From assembly GCA_049692125.1 (NCBI GenBank), contig JBAVOO010000049.1:3917-67916 (forward strand): 64,000 nucleotides of DNA. Reading direction: 5' to 3'. Below are positions 9,186-18,147 of this stretch, piece after piece. The notes under the pieces are model-generated. The model worked only from the letters and a program-made list of their open reading frames with translations. It did not search any database and had not been told where the DNA came from. Every line of letters begins with the position of its first letter. The stretch's first letter is position 1. The stretch is from Verrucomicrobiia bacterium (lineage in GTDB: Bacteria > Verrucomicrobiota > Verrucomicrobiia > Limisphaerales > UBA11358). Both the position numbers and the translations under genes were made by a program.

Positions 9186-9674
9186 CTACTTCGAATCGTA
9201 CTTGTCGCGGACTTCCTTGATCTTGGCTTCGGCGTCGGTCTTTTCCTGGGGCGTGGCTTTCGCGAGTTTGTCGTCGAGCATCGCCTTCTTGCGGAGGCTG
9301 GAGTCATAGACGAGGAATTCGTAGATTTTCTTGCCGTCGGCGTTGCTGATGCCCGAACCGGGCTTGTGCATCATCCGTTTGATGTAGCGCGACCACTCGT
9401 CGGGCGTAGCGTAGTCGGAGTTGATTGGCCGGCTCAGCTTGTGGCATTGCGTGCATTTCGTGCTGAACACTTCGTAGTTGTCCTTGATGCCATCCGGGTA
9501 TTTGGAGACATCAATGGTGGCCGGGCCTTTTTCAAACCGATCGACTCGCGCCCTGGTTTCAGGGTCAAGCTGATCCTCCGCGCGCGCCAGGCCCGCCGAC
9601 AAGGTGAGCGCAGCCACACCGAGGAACACGGTGGTGAATTTGGTGGTCATGGTTATAATTGGAGTTTTTTTCAT
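9186..9674 (-). CDS. Secreted monohaem c-type cytochrome
   Basis: 162 aa with a signal peptide and a single CTQCH. This is followed by ...R...TPDEWSRYIKRMM. It is a paralogue of 11055-11369. Its ATG directly follows the porin stop (TAAATG). Confidence 0.7.
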   Translation of the reverse strand: MKKTPIITMTTKFTTVFLGVAALTLSAGLARAEDQLDPETRARVDRFEKGPATIDVSKYPDGIKDNYEVFSTKCTQCHKLSRPINSDYATPDEWSRYIKRMMHKPGSGISNADGKKIYEFLVYDSSLRKKAMLDDKLAKATPQEKTDAEAKIKEVRDKYDSK

Positions 9675-11030
9675 TTAAAATCCGTACGAGAGCTGAACTA
9701 TAAACTGGCTGGAGGGCAACCCATTGGCATTGAGACCATGGTTGATCAGCCATTCGTAATCACCTTCCAACAGCAGCGTGTTCGTGAGGTAATAAACAAA
9801 GCCGGTGGTATAGCGATCGGTGGTAGATCCCATCGCGTCATTGACCGTGTCATAACGCCCAACCAATTCAAGATCATTTATGACGGGCGCGTCCAGATTC
9901 AGGCCCGCCAGTTTATAGCTCGTCTGAATCCACCAGCCTTGCGGTTGGATGGTTCCCTGATTATCAGTTTGCTCCCAGGTATTGATGTATTCACCCTTCA
10001 CCTCAAAGTAGGGACTGATATGAACGGCGGCATCCACCACGAGCGCCGACCATAGATAATTTCCTGACCAGGTGCCTGACTGACCCGAAACACCCAGTTC
10101 AACATCATAATGAGCTTTCCAGGGGTAAAACCATCCGATGCGCCCGCCGCCGCTGGGATTGCCATTAAGATTCGGTGAATTAACTGCATCCCCGCCCACA
10201 TTGCCGCCCAGATCCAGCGACCCGGCGTCGGCGGTCCCGTCCGTTGACGACGGCCCGTTGACCCCATAAACGGAATAGGTGAGCATCTGACCCGCTTGCC
10301 CGATCGGCACAGAACCCCGCAACTGGGCGCCCACACCACTGCCCGGCAATAAATTATCAACCGGCAACGGGTCATCCGGTATCTTGTTGAGCCAGCCCGC
10401 CCCGCGTTCTTGATAGGTACCCAACGGCATAAGCATGTACCCGGCTACGACCGTGACGTAATCGTTTAGCAGGTAATCCAACTGGCCGAAACTCATGCTG
10501 ACCGAGGTCGAGCTGCCATTGGGATGGCCGTTCGGGCCGGTATTATTTTGCAGTGTCACATCGAAACCGGCCTCAAACAAAATGTTGTCGTTCGCGCGAA
10601 ACAGAAAAATCGGCGCAAAATCAGCCAGCGAAAAAGTGCTGTGCTGCCCTTGGGCTTGTCCGAATTGCACCTCGGCGTCGCCCGCCATCGTGAAGTTGTG
10701 CAACGCGCTCATGGCGCCGCTGGGGACCGGATAAACCGGCTGAATTTTGGCGGCCGCCTCGGCTTTTTGCTCCGCGTTGGTGGCCAGCGTTTGGGTTTCG
10801 CCCAACCGCTGTTGCAACTGTTGGATGGTCTGCTGGTCCTGTTGGTGCGTTCGCTGATCCTGTTCATGCAGTTTTTCCAACTGGCCAATCCGCTGGTCCT
10901 GGTTGGTGACCATGCTTTTCAACGCATTGAAATCTTCATCGCTGATCATCGCCGCCGCGCGCGGAGTCAAGGCCACGCCCAACGCGCAAGCCGCCGCCGC
11001 CGCGCTTAAAATAAAGGAAGATATTTTCAT
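9675..11030 (-). CDS. Outer-membrane beta-barrel porin with N-terminal coiled-coil
   Basis: 451 aa with a signal peptide and a Gln-rich coiled-coil (QDQRIGQLEKLHEQDQRTHQQDQQTIQQLQQRL). The rest has alternating-hydrophobic strands. The C-terminus is ...QFIVQLSYGF. There is no CxxCH. Confidence 0.7.
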   Translation of the reverse strand: MKISSFILSAAAAACALGVALTPRAAAMISDEDFNALKSMVTNQDQRIGQLEKLHEQDQRTHQQDQQTIQQLQQRLGETQTLATNAEQKAEAAAKIQPVYPVPSGAMSALHNFTMAGDAEVQFGQAQGQHSTFSLADFAPIFLFRANDNILFEAGFDVTLQNNTGPNGHPNGSSTSVSMSFGQLDYLLNDYVTVVAGYMLMPLGTYQERGAGWLNKIPDDPLPVDNLLPGSGVGAQLRGSVPIGQAGQMLTYSVYGVNGPSSTDGTADAGSLDLGGNVGGDAVNSPNLNGNPSGGGRIGWFYPWKAHYDVELGVSGQSGTWSGNYLWSALVVDAAVHISPYFEVKGEYINTWEQTDNQGTIQPQGWWIQTSYKLAGLNLDAPVINDLELVGRYDTVNDAMGSTTDRYTTGFVYYLTNTLLLEGDYEWLINHGLNANGLPSSQFIVQLSYGF

Positions 11031-11054
11031 GGGTAAAAATTTTCAGGGGCCGAT

Positions 11055-11369
11055 TTAGTTTCCAGCGTCTTCCTGGAGAAATTTGAGGATTTGCTTCGCC
11101 TGCGCTGCGGGGAGATTGGCCCGCACGCGCATGTGCATGACGATGGTCTTCCATTGGGCCGAGGTGAACTCGGTGGCATACCGCTCCGGGTGGCAGCGGT
11201 TGCAATTGATGGCGTATAACTCGGCACCGGTGAGTTTCTTCGGTGCCGGCTTCTGGTCGGTTTTCTTTTCCGGTTCGGCGTGCGCCAGAACCACGCTGAG
11301 GCACACGCAGACCAGCGCCAGGGCGCCGGCCAAAACAACCCGTCGTTTGTTTAGGAATATTGAGCGCAT
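11055..11369 (-). CDS. Secreted monohaem c-type cytochrome
   Basis: I place the start at MRSIFLNKRR (11369) rather than at the track start 11432. It has a signal peptide and a single CNRCH, followed by ...SAQWKTIVMHM. Confidence 0.65.
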   Translation of the reverse strand: MRSIFLNKRRVVLAGALALVCVCLSVVLAHAEPEKKTDQKPAPKKLTGAELYAINCNRCHPERYATEFTSAQWKTIVMHMRVRANLPAAQAKQILKFLQEDAGN

Positions 11370-11619
11370 AATCGTTCTACTTTCTTTTGTTACTCGCCAT
11401 AATGTTAATCCACTCCAGCAAATGCAATCCACATTATTTGTTTTTTATTTGTCCTTGTTATGACAAAGGAGCACCGACCGGGACAACGCCAAAGAAAGCG
11501 AAAAAGAAACTGAAGGCCGCGTGGATTTTCACGAATGGATTCTGAATTCGTGGCCATTCGTAAAATTTGTGTCGCGTCTTTTCTGAATTCGTGTTTCTTC
11601 GTGTTCGTTCGCGGTTATC

Positions 11620-12834
11620 TCAGAGCCAATGCCCCATCTTTTCGCGCTTGGCCTTCAAATACCGTTCGTTGTGCGGATTGGGTTTCACGCGAATCGGCAC
11701 CTGCTCGACAATTTTCAGCCCGTAGCCTTCCAGCCCGACGATTTTTTTTGGATTGTTCGTCAGCAGCCGAATGGTTTTAAGGCCGAGATCCACGAGGATT
11801 TGCGCGCCGAGGCCGTATTCGCGCAAATCCATTTCGTAGCCGAGCTTTTTGTTTGCCTCGACGGTGTCGTAGCCCTGCTCCTGCAATTTGTAGGCCTTGA
11901 TTTTCGGCGCGAGGCCGATGCCGCGGCCTTCCTGCCGCATATAGACAATCACGCCGCGCCCGGCCCCGGCGACCTGCCGCATGGCCTGGTGCAGTTGCGA
12001 CCCGCAATCGCACCGGCGCGAGCCGAACACGTCGCCGGTCAGGCATTCGCTGTGGACGCGCACGAGAACTTTTTCCCGCCCGGCCACGTCGCCATGCACC
12101 AGCGCGAGGTGATGCTGGCCGTCCAGTTTTGAGCGGTACAAATGCAAATCGAAATCGCCGTGGTCGGTCGGCAGTTTCACGGTCTCGACGCGCTCGACCA
12201 GCTTCTCCCGCGTGCGCCGGTGTTCAATCAGGTCGGCGATGGTGCAGATTTTCAGCCGGTGTTTTTTGGCGAACTTCAGCAACTGCGGCAGGCGCGCCAT
12301 CGTGCCGTCGTCGTTCATGATTTCGCAGAGGATGCCGACGGGCCGGCAGGCCGCGAGCGTGGCCAGGTCCACTGCCGCCTCGGTGTGGCCGGCGCGCTGG
12401 AGGACGCCGCCCGGACGCGCGCGCAACGGAAACACGTGGCCCGGCTGCACGAGGTCGTCCGGCGCCGCCGCCGGTTCGGCCATGATTTTGATGGTGCGCG
12501 CCCGGTCCGCCGCGCTGATGCCGGTGGTGATGCTGCGCGCGGCGTCCACGCTCACGTGAAAATCAGTGCGAAAGCTCTCGCGGTTTTGCTGCACCATGCG
12601 GTCAATGCCCAGCTGGTGCAGCCGCCCGGCCGCCGCCGGCACGCAAATCAGCCCGCGGCCGAATCTGGCCATGAAATTGACCGCGGCGGGCGTGACGAAT
12701 TGCCCGGCCATGATCAAATCACCTTCGTTCTCGCGGTCGGCATCATCCACGACGATGACCATTTTGCCTTTGCGGACGTCGGCGACGACGGATTCAATGC
12801 GGTCAAAAGTTTTTTTCATCGGCGAAAACAACAT
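11620..12834 (-). CDS. ribBA: Bifunctional DHBP synthase / GTP cyclohydrolase II
   Basis: Motifs: VVDDADRENEGDLIMAGQ (RibB) and VRVHSECLTGDVFGSRRCDCGSQL (RibA). The track ORF extends to 13044 only by reading through repeat copy 3. I place the start at M71 (12834) or M76 (12819). Confidence 0.9.
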   Translation of the reverse strand: MLFSPMKKTFDRIESVVADVRKGKMVIVVDDADRENEGDLIMAGQFVTPAAVNFMARFGRGLICVPAAAGRLHQLGIDRMVQQNRESFRTDFHVSVDAARSITTGISAADRARTIKIMAEPAAAPDDLVQPGHVFPLRARPGGVLQRAGHTEAAVDLATLAACRPVGILCEIMNDDGTMARLPQLLKFAKKHRLKICTIADLIEHRRTREKLVERVETVKLPTDHGDFDLHLYRSKLDGQHHLALVHGDVAGREKVLVRVHSECLTGDVFGSRRCDCGSQLHQAMRQVAGAGRGVIVYMRQEGRGIGLAPKIKAYKLQEQGYDTVEANKKLGYEMDLREYGLGAQILVDLGLKTIRLLTNNPKKIVGLEGYGLKIVEQVPIRVKPNPHNERYLKAKREKMGHWL

Positions 12835-12918
12835 AGCCGTCCGCCGTCCAAACGCCAGACGCAAAACAAACCGGTTGGGCAGCGCGGCTCCGAGCTTTTC
12901 TTTAACTCTCTGGGGACA

Positions 12919-13032
12919 AAGCCCGAAGCCGAAGGCCGAAGCCCGAAAGAAATCCGAAATCCGAAGCCCGAAACGCAGAACGGCTCGGGAGCCGGTTTGT
13001 CCTTCGGATCTTGGATTTCGACCTTCGGATTT
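12919..13032. repeat. Copy 3 of the GAAATCC palindromic repeat family
   Basis: The sequence is AAGCCCGAAGCCGAAGGCCGAAGCCCGAAAGAAATCCGAAATCCGAAGCCCGAAAC ... CCTTCGGATCTTGGATTTCGACCTTCGGATTT. It lies in the divergent spacer between ribBA and the histidine kinase. Confidence 0.55.
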
Positions 13033-13209
13033 ATGCTGCCCCAACGGCTTGCGTGTTGGTTTGGAGCGGCCCGGCCGGTTTGGCGCGGTGCGCTGATTTT
13101 TGCTGACACGACACCAAAAGCTGGCTTACGATTTGTCGAGTCTCATTGGAAACGTTTTTCCAATCAGTGGCGGCGGCAAGATTTGGCAACCGAACGACCG
13201 ATCGATTCA

Positions 13210-14271
13210 ATGTCATCAAAAAAACTGGGCAACGGGGCCGGCGGACTTTCGGGCGGAAACCCCTTGAGTCTGCTTCAGGAATGTTTCGCCTGCGGCGTGA
13301 TCGTGGTGGGTGCGCGCAAACGCATCGTCGCCTGCACCGCCGAAGCCGCCGAACATCTGCACCGGGACGCGGCGAAGTTGCTGAACGCGCCATTGAGTTC
13401 GTTGCCCGCGCCGCTGGCCAGACTGATTCAGGAAACCGCCAGGAGCGGCAAGGCGATTTTGAACCGCGAAATTCCCCTGGGCCAGGCCACGGCATTGCGC
13501 GCGAGCATTTTGCCCGTGAAAACGCGCGAGCCGGTGGAAATTGTCGTCGTTTTGAACAGCCTGACTTCCACGCCGGTTTTTGAGCAGAACCTCAGACGGC
13601 TCGACCGGCTGGCCGGCCTCGGCACGCTTTCGGCGAGCATGGCGCACGAAATCAAAAACGGCATGGTGGCCATCAGGACGTTCGTTGATCTGCTGGCGCA
13701 GAAAGGCCAGGACATGGAACTCACCGAGGTCGTCGGGCGCGAGCTGGAGCGCATCAACGCGATTGTGACGCAGATGCTGCGGTTTGCCGCGCCGAACCGG
13801 GCGGCGTTCACGACCGTGCGCATCCACGACGTGCTCGATCATTCGCTGCGCCTGATGCAGCATCAAGTCAGCGGAAAATTGATTTCGCTGCAGCGTCATT
13901 ACCAGGCCGAGCCGGACACCGTCCGCGGCGACGATGCGCAATTGCAGCAGGTGTTCATGAATCTTCTGCTCAACGCGCTCGAAGCGATGGGCACGAACGG
14001 TGTGTTGGCCGTCAACACGGAAACGGTAAAGGGCGAACGCAGCGGGCGGCAATTGCGGATCAACATTCAAGATACCGGTGTGGGCATCGCGCCGGAAAAT
14101 CTGGCACGCTTGTTCGAGCCGTTTTTCACGACCAAAAAAAACGGCACGGGACTGGGGCTGGCCATCAGCCAGCGCATCGCGCTGGAACATCGCGGCTTGA
14201 TTCACGTGCAAAGCGACCCTGGCAAAGGCTCGACGTTCAGCCTGTTGCTGCCGGTGTTCACGGCGGCCTGA
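13210..14271 (+). CDS. Cytoplasmic sensor histidine kinase (PAS-like + HisKA + HATPase)
   Basis: The start is at MSSKKLGNG. The upstream part of the 709-aa track ORF is antisense to ribBA. H-box SASMAHEIKNG, N-box NLLLNALEAM, G-boxes DTGVGI and GTGLGLAIS. Confidence 0.85.
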   Translation: MSSKKLGNGAGGLSGGNPLSLLQECFACGVIVVGARKRIVACTAEAAEHLHRDAAKLLNAPLSSLPAPLARLIQETARSGKAILNREIPLGQATALRASILPVKTREPVEIVVVLNSLTSTPVFEQNLRRLDRLAGLGTLSASMAHEIKNGMVAIRTFVDLLAQKGQDMELTEVVGRELERINAIVTQMLRFAAPNRAAFTTVRIHDVLDHSLRLMQHQVSGKLISLQRHYQAEPDTVRGDDAQLQQVFMNLLLNALEAMGTNGVLAVNTETVKGERSGRQLRINIQDTGVGIAPENLARLFEPFFTTKKNGTGLGLAISQRIALEHRGLIHVQSDPGKGSTFSLLLPVFTAA

Positions 14272-14360
14272 CCGGCGGGCAATGCCGCCGAAGCTTCCGC
14301 CTGCACCCCGAACACGACGTGAAGGTCATCCCGGTTCTTCCATAAACGGACGATTAAATT

Positions 14361-16619
14361 TTACTCCCCGAGCAGGTGATACGGCTGGGCGACATCGTCA
14401 CCGACGTGGGTTTTCGGCGAGGCCTTGAGCGAGAAGGTGAAGGCCACCGTGAAATCCGTCGGGCCGGGGCTGTTGTCAATCACCCGGAAAGTCAGCGCGC
14501 AGGTCCAACTCCGCAGGTCGCGATAGATCGTGTAATTTTGTTCCTGCAAATGGCCGTCCGCGGCGTTGAAATCGTGCCGCGTGCGGAAACCCCAGTTGTC
14601 ATTCAGCCGGTAAAAAAACGTGCTGGTGATGAAATTGTCGCTTTCGGTAAAGCCATCAAATCCGCTGCGCAAATACCAGTGGCCGAGCCCCCAACTCCAG
14701 CGTTCATTCGGCGTGAAGGTGAGTTGATGAAACGCAAGATTCAAATCGCCGCCGTTGATGGCGTAGCGCAGTTGCGAATCCAGCACGATCCACGAGCGCG
14801 GCTTGAACGTGAGGTCGGAGTAAAGATCGCTGAAGGTCTGCTGCTTGCTGAACGGTTCGTCGAGATTGTTTTGATCCTGGCCCGGAGTGAGCCGCCAATC
14901 CAACATCACGTTCCAATCGAGCAGATTGTCGAGCTGTCCGTCGCGCTTGGTTTGGAGCGTGTTACGCAGGCCGAAACGGATCACGTTCTCGCTGTCAATG
15001 GAATCAATGTTGTTGTAATCGGGAAATTGAACCGGCAACAGCAGCAGGCTGGGCAACGCGGAATCGAACTGCGGCAGTTGCGACGGCGGCGTGCTGGGCG
15101 CGGGCACGTAGGCGTAGGTCACCGACGGCTCGATGATGTGGCGCAGGCCGCCAATGGCCAGAAGTGAATTCGTCGCGCCCGCCCAAAGCTGCGAGGCTTT
15201 GAACGAAGTTTCGACGCCGGTGTTGAACACCCGGCGATAGGCTTCATTGTTCGTGCCGCCCGGTCCGCTCTCCGAGCTGTAATAGGTGAAGCGCCCGCCG
15301 ACGCGCGGCGTGACATTCAGCCAGCCAAAAAACGTCTCCGGCAGGAGCAGTTGATGAAAAGTGTCGGCGCGCGAGGCGGAATAATTCAGCGGCGTGGGTC
15401 CGTTCGTGTCCGCAAAAAACATCCGGTACCAGCCCGCCGAACTTTCGCTCTCGTAATAAAACGGCGTGTTAAAAACCTGCTGGCGGTAGCCGGTGAGCCT
15501 CACGTCGGGCAGCCGTTCGACCTGGTTGAAGAAATTATTTACCTGCGGCGTGGTTTCGGCGTCGAGACTCCAGTTGTCCCAATACCGGTTGACCTCGGTG
15601 AACGAGTAGGGCTGCGGATTATTGCGATAGTCGCCCTCGAAAAAATCATGCAGTACAAGCGGGTCGCTCTGGTAATTCACGAGCGCCTTCACGTTCAAAT
15701 TGGTGGCGGGGGTCGCTTGGTAGCCGAAGTAAAAGCGCTGGCGGTTCTCAGGAATCGCCCCCAAATTCGCGAAGCTGTTCGTGCTTACACTGGTGTTCGG
15801 ATTGCGGTCATGCAGGTAATAATAAATGAACTCCGTTTCGCCCCATTGACCGAGGTTCAGATTCAAGTCCGGCCCCGCGCCCACGCCCCGTTTCTCGCGA
15901 TAGTCCAGATGAATCTTTCCGTCCACCGCATCGTTGAGATACCACGTATAAGTGTTCAGCAAAAACGGCCCGTAGGCGCTGCGGTAGCCGGGAAGAAAAT
16001 TGAAATTGTTGGCGTGCTCGCCCAGATTGCGCCGGTAATACGGAAAGTAAAACGTCGGCACACCGTCCATGAAAACCACGGCGTTCCACATCTCGATGTA
16101 TTTCCCGGGGACAATTTTTATGTGACTGGAGCGAACGCGGATCGCCGGGTCGCTCACGTCATCGGTCGTGACGAAAGCGTGGCGCGCGTTGTAGGTTTTA
16201 TTGGTCGTGTCGCCCTGCAATTGCCTGCCTTGCGCGAACACCGGCGGTTTGCCCGTGCGAAACTGTTCGCTCTGCATCTGGTGCGTTATGAAATTGTAAC
16301 GGATGTGTTCGCCGGTCCAGATTTGATCGCCCTGCTCGATGCGCACATGGCCGTCGGCCACCGCTTCGCCCGTCTCTTTGTTCACCGACGCGCTGTCTGC
16401 CATCAGCACAGACTCGCCGTGCGCGTCTGTGCATTTCACACAGATGCCGTTGGTGCCGGTTGCCATGACTCCCTCAAAGTCCACGCTGCCGTTTGGCGCG
16501 CCGGGAATGATTTGATTGAGCGACCAGATTTCCCACGACGGCTGCTCCTGCGCAAAAGAAATGAGCGGAAAAATTGAGCCAAAAAAAATCAGCGCGGAAA
16601 TGGCGGACAATCTTCTCAT
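14361..16619 (-). CDS. lptD: LPS-assembly outer-membrane protein LptD (OstA family)
   Basis: 752 aa with a signal peptide. An OstA-like N-domain is present (ADSASVNKETGEAVADGHVRIEQGDQIWTGEHIRYNF). The large C-terminal part is aromatic-rich and barrel-like. Confidence 0.75.
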   Translation of the reverse strand: MRRLSAISALIFFGSIFPLISFAQEQPSWEIWSLNQIIPGAPNGSVDFEGVMATGTNGICVKCTDAHGESVLMADSASVNKETGEAVADGHVRIEQGDQIWTGEHIRYNFITHQMQSEQFRTGKPPVFAQGRQLQGDTTNKTYNARHAFVTTDDVSDPAIRVRSSHIKIVPGKYIEMWNAVVFMDGVPTFYFPYYRRNLGEHANNFNFLPGYRSAYGPFLLNTYTWYLNDAVDGKIHLDYREKRGVGAGPDLNLNLGQWGETEFIYYYLHDRNPNTSVSTNSFANLGAIPENRQRFYFGYQATPATNLNVKALVNYQSDPLVLHDFFEGDYRNNPQPYSFTEVNRYWDNWSLDAETTPQVNNFFNQVERLPDVRLTGYRQQVFNTPFYYESESSAGWYRMFFADTNGPTPLNYSASRADTFHQLLLPETFFGWLNVTPRVGGRFTYYSSESGPGGTNNEAYRRVFNTGVETSFKASQLWAGATNSLLAIGGLRHIIEPSVTYAYVPAPSTPPSQLPQFDSALPSLLLLPVQFPDYNNIDSIDSENVIRFGLRNTLQTKRDGQLDNLLDWNVMLDWRLTPGQDQNNLDEPFSKQQTFSDLYSDLTFKPRSWIVLDSQLRYAINGGDLNLAFHQLTFTPNERWSWGLGHWYLRSGFDGFTESDNFITSTFFYRLNDNWGFRTRHDFNAADGHLQEQNYTIYRDLRSWTCALTFRVIDNSPGPTDFTVAFTFSLKASPKTHVGDDVAQPYHLLGE

Positions 16620-16711
16620 CAGGCGCGGCCAATTAAACAGAACGCCTTCCGGCTGCCAAGCGGATTTGCCGGTTCATTCCTTCGGCAAACAGGCAAAGGC
16701 CATCCATTGGT

Positions 16712-17956
16712 TCATCCGTGCAGCAGCAACAGTATCGCCAGGCCGGCGATGGTCGTCAGGATCGTAACCGGAATGCCGAAACGCGCATAATCCCAGAAGC
16801 CCACTTCCGCATGGCCACGGGCTGATTCCACGACGATAATGTTCGCCACCGAACCGAGAATGGTGAGGTTGCCTGCGAAGGTGGTGGCCAAGGCCATGAC
16901 TTTCCACATCAACTCCGTCTGCACAAAATGGTTGATCCACTTGCCCGCCACGAGTACGAACGGCACATTGGAGAAAACATTCGATCCGAGCGCGGAAAAC
17001 CATGCAAAATTCCACGCCTGGCTGCCGGCGGTTGAACCGAAGACGGGTCCAACCCGTCGGTAGATTTCATCGGGCAGGCCCGTGCCGTTCAATCCTTCCA
17101 CCACGACGAACAGTGCTGCGAAGAACACCAGCAAATGCCAGTCCACCAGCTTGAGCACCTCGTGCGTGTCCCGCCGCGCTAGCACCATCACCAGCGCGCC
17201 GCCGGCCAGCGCGGTCCACGGAAGATTCAGTCCCGCCAGAAAACCGGCAAAGACCAGCGCCAGCACCACGAAGGTGGTCAGCAGGAGACGACGGTCCAGC
17301 TTGCGCGGTGGCGCTTCCGGACGATGGATGACCGCCTCCTTCAAAATTTTCCGGAAGCCGATGCGCAGAACGGCGTATTGAATCACCAATCCGGCGACTG
17401 CCACGGGAATCATGGACATCGAGAAGCGCAGGAACGGAATTTGCGAAAGATGGCCGATGATCATGTTCTGCGGATTGCCGACGAGCGTGGCCACGCTGCC
17501 GAGATTGGCGCTCATGGCCAGCGCCAGCAGATACGGCGGCAGCGGCAACTTGCCGCGCACCATCACGGCCACGACCAGCGGCGTCAGCATCAGGCACACC
17601 GTGTCGTTCACGAGCAACGCCGACAAAATTCCCGAGGTGCAGATCAAATGGAGCAGGAGCGATTGCGGTGTTTTGGCGGTGCGCAAAATCCGGTCTGCCG
17701 CCCAGTCGAAAAAGCCCGCGAGAAACAGATAGGCGGAGATCAGCATCATGCCGAGCAGCAGCACCAGCGTGTCGTAATCCACCGAGCGATACACCTGCTC
17801 CGGCGTCATCACGCCGCACGTCACCATCAGCACCGCGCCCAGCAAAGCGGCGGCGGGCCGGTTCAACGGCAGCAGCTTCAACCGCCGCCCGCTGATGAGC
17901 AGATAGGTGACGCCAAAAATGGCGATGGCGAGAAGCTCTTTTTTATCAGCGCTCAT
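16712..17956 (-). CDS. ArsB/NhaD-superfamily anion permease
   Basis: 414 aa and polytopic. Motifs are typical of the citrate-transporter/ArsB family ([42 protein letters not shown]). Confidence 0.75.
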   Translation of the reverse strand: MSADKKELLAIAIFGVTYLLISGRRLKLLPLNRPAAALLGAVLMVTCGVMTPEQVYRSVDYDTLVLLLGMMLISAYLFLAGFFDWAADRILRTAKTPQSLLLHLICTSGILSALLVNDTVCLMLTPLVVAVMVRGKLPLPPYLLALAMSANLGSVATLVGNPQNMIIGHLSQIPFLRFSMSMIPVAVAGLVIQYAVLRIGFRKILKEAVIHRPEAPPRKLDRRLLLTTFVVLALVFAGFLAGLNLPWTALAGGALVMVLARRDTHEVLKLVDWHLLVFFAALFVVVEGLNGTGLPDEIYRRVGPVFGSTAGSQAWNFAWFSALGSNVFSNVPFVLVAGKWINHFVQTELMWKVMALATTFAGNLTILGSVANIIVVESARGHAEVGFWDYARFGIPVTILTTIAGLAILLLLHG

Positions 17957-18147
17957 GGGATCCCCTGGGCCAGGGAAATGAAATTGTCACGATACACCAT
18001 GGGTCAGCTGCGCAACGGACAGCTGGCGGGATGGAGTCAGGTCATACGTGGTCGCATGGAAATTTTTGTTTTCCTTGAATCGCATCACAAGGTTTTTATT
18101 GTGGTCGCCGGGATAAAAATACAACCGGGGTCGGCGAGTTATTGAAC

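Noticed and set aside
9675-11030. Porin as a fused Cyc2-type cytochrome-porin
   Set aside because: The porin sequence contains no CxxCH motif. Any cytochrome function must come from the separate flanking genes.
12835-13044. 70-aa N-terminal extension of ribBA, and a possible FMN riboswitch upstream of ribBA or ribH
   Set aside because: The extension is a translation of the GAAATCC repeat (RNPRSE...RISDFF). I looked on the minus strand of 12835-13209 and 2523-2598 for FMN-riboswitch hallmarks (GGGGTGAAATTCCC, AGTCCGGATG-type segments) and saw none. An Infernal scan would be decisive.
12142-13209. N-terminal 356 codons of the 709-aa plus-strand track ORF
   Set aside because: This part is antisense to ribBA and reads through repeat copy 3. 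The kinase-like sequence only begins at MSSKKLGNG (13210).
15351-16577. 408-aa plus-strand ORF
   Set aside because: It is antisense to lptD and has an Arg/Val/Ala-rich mirror-ORF composition.
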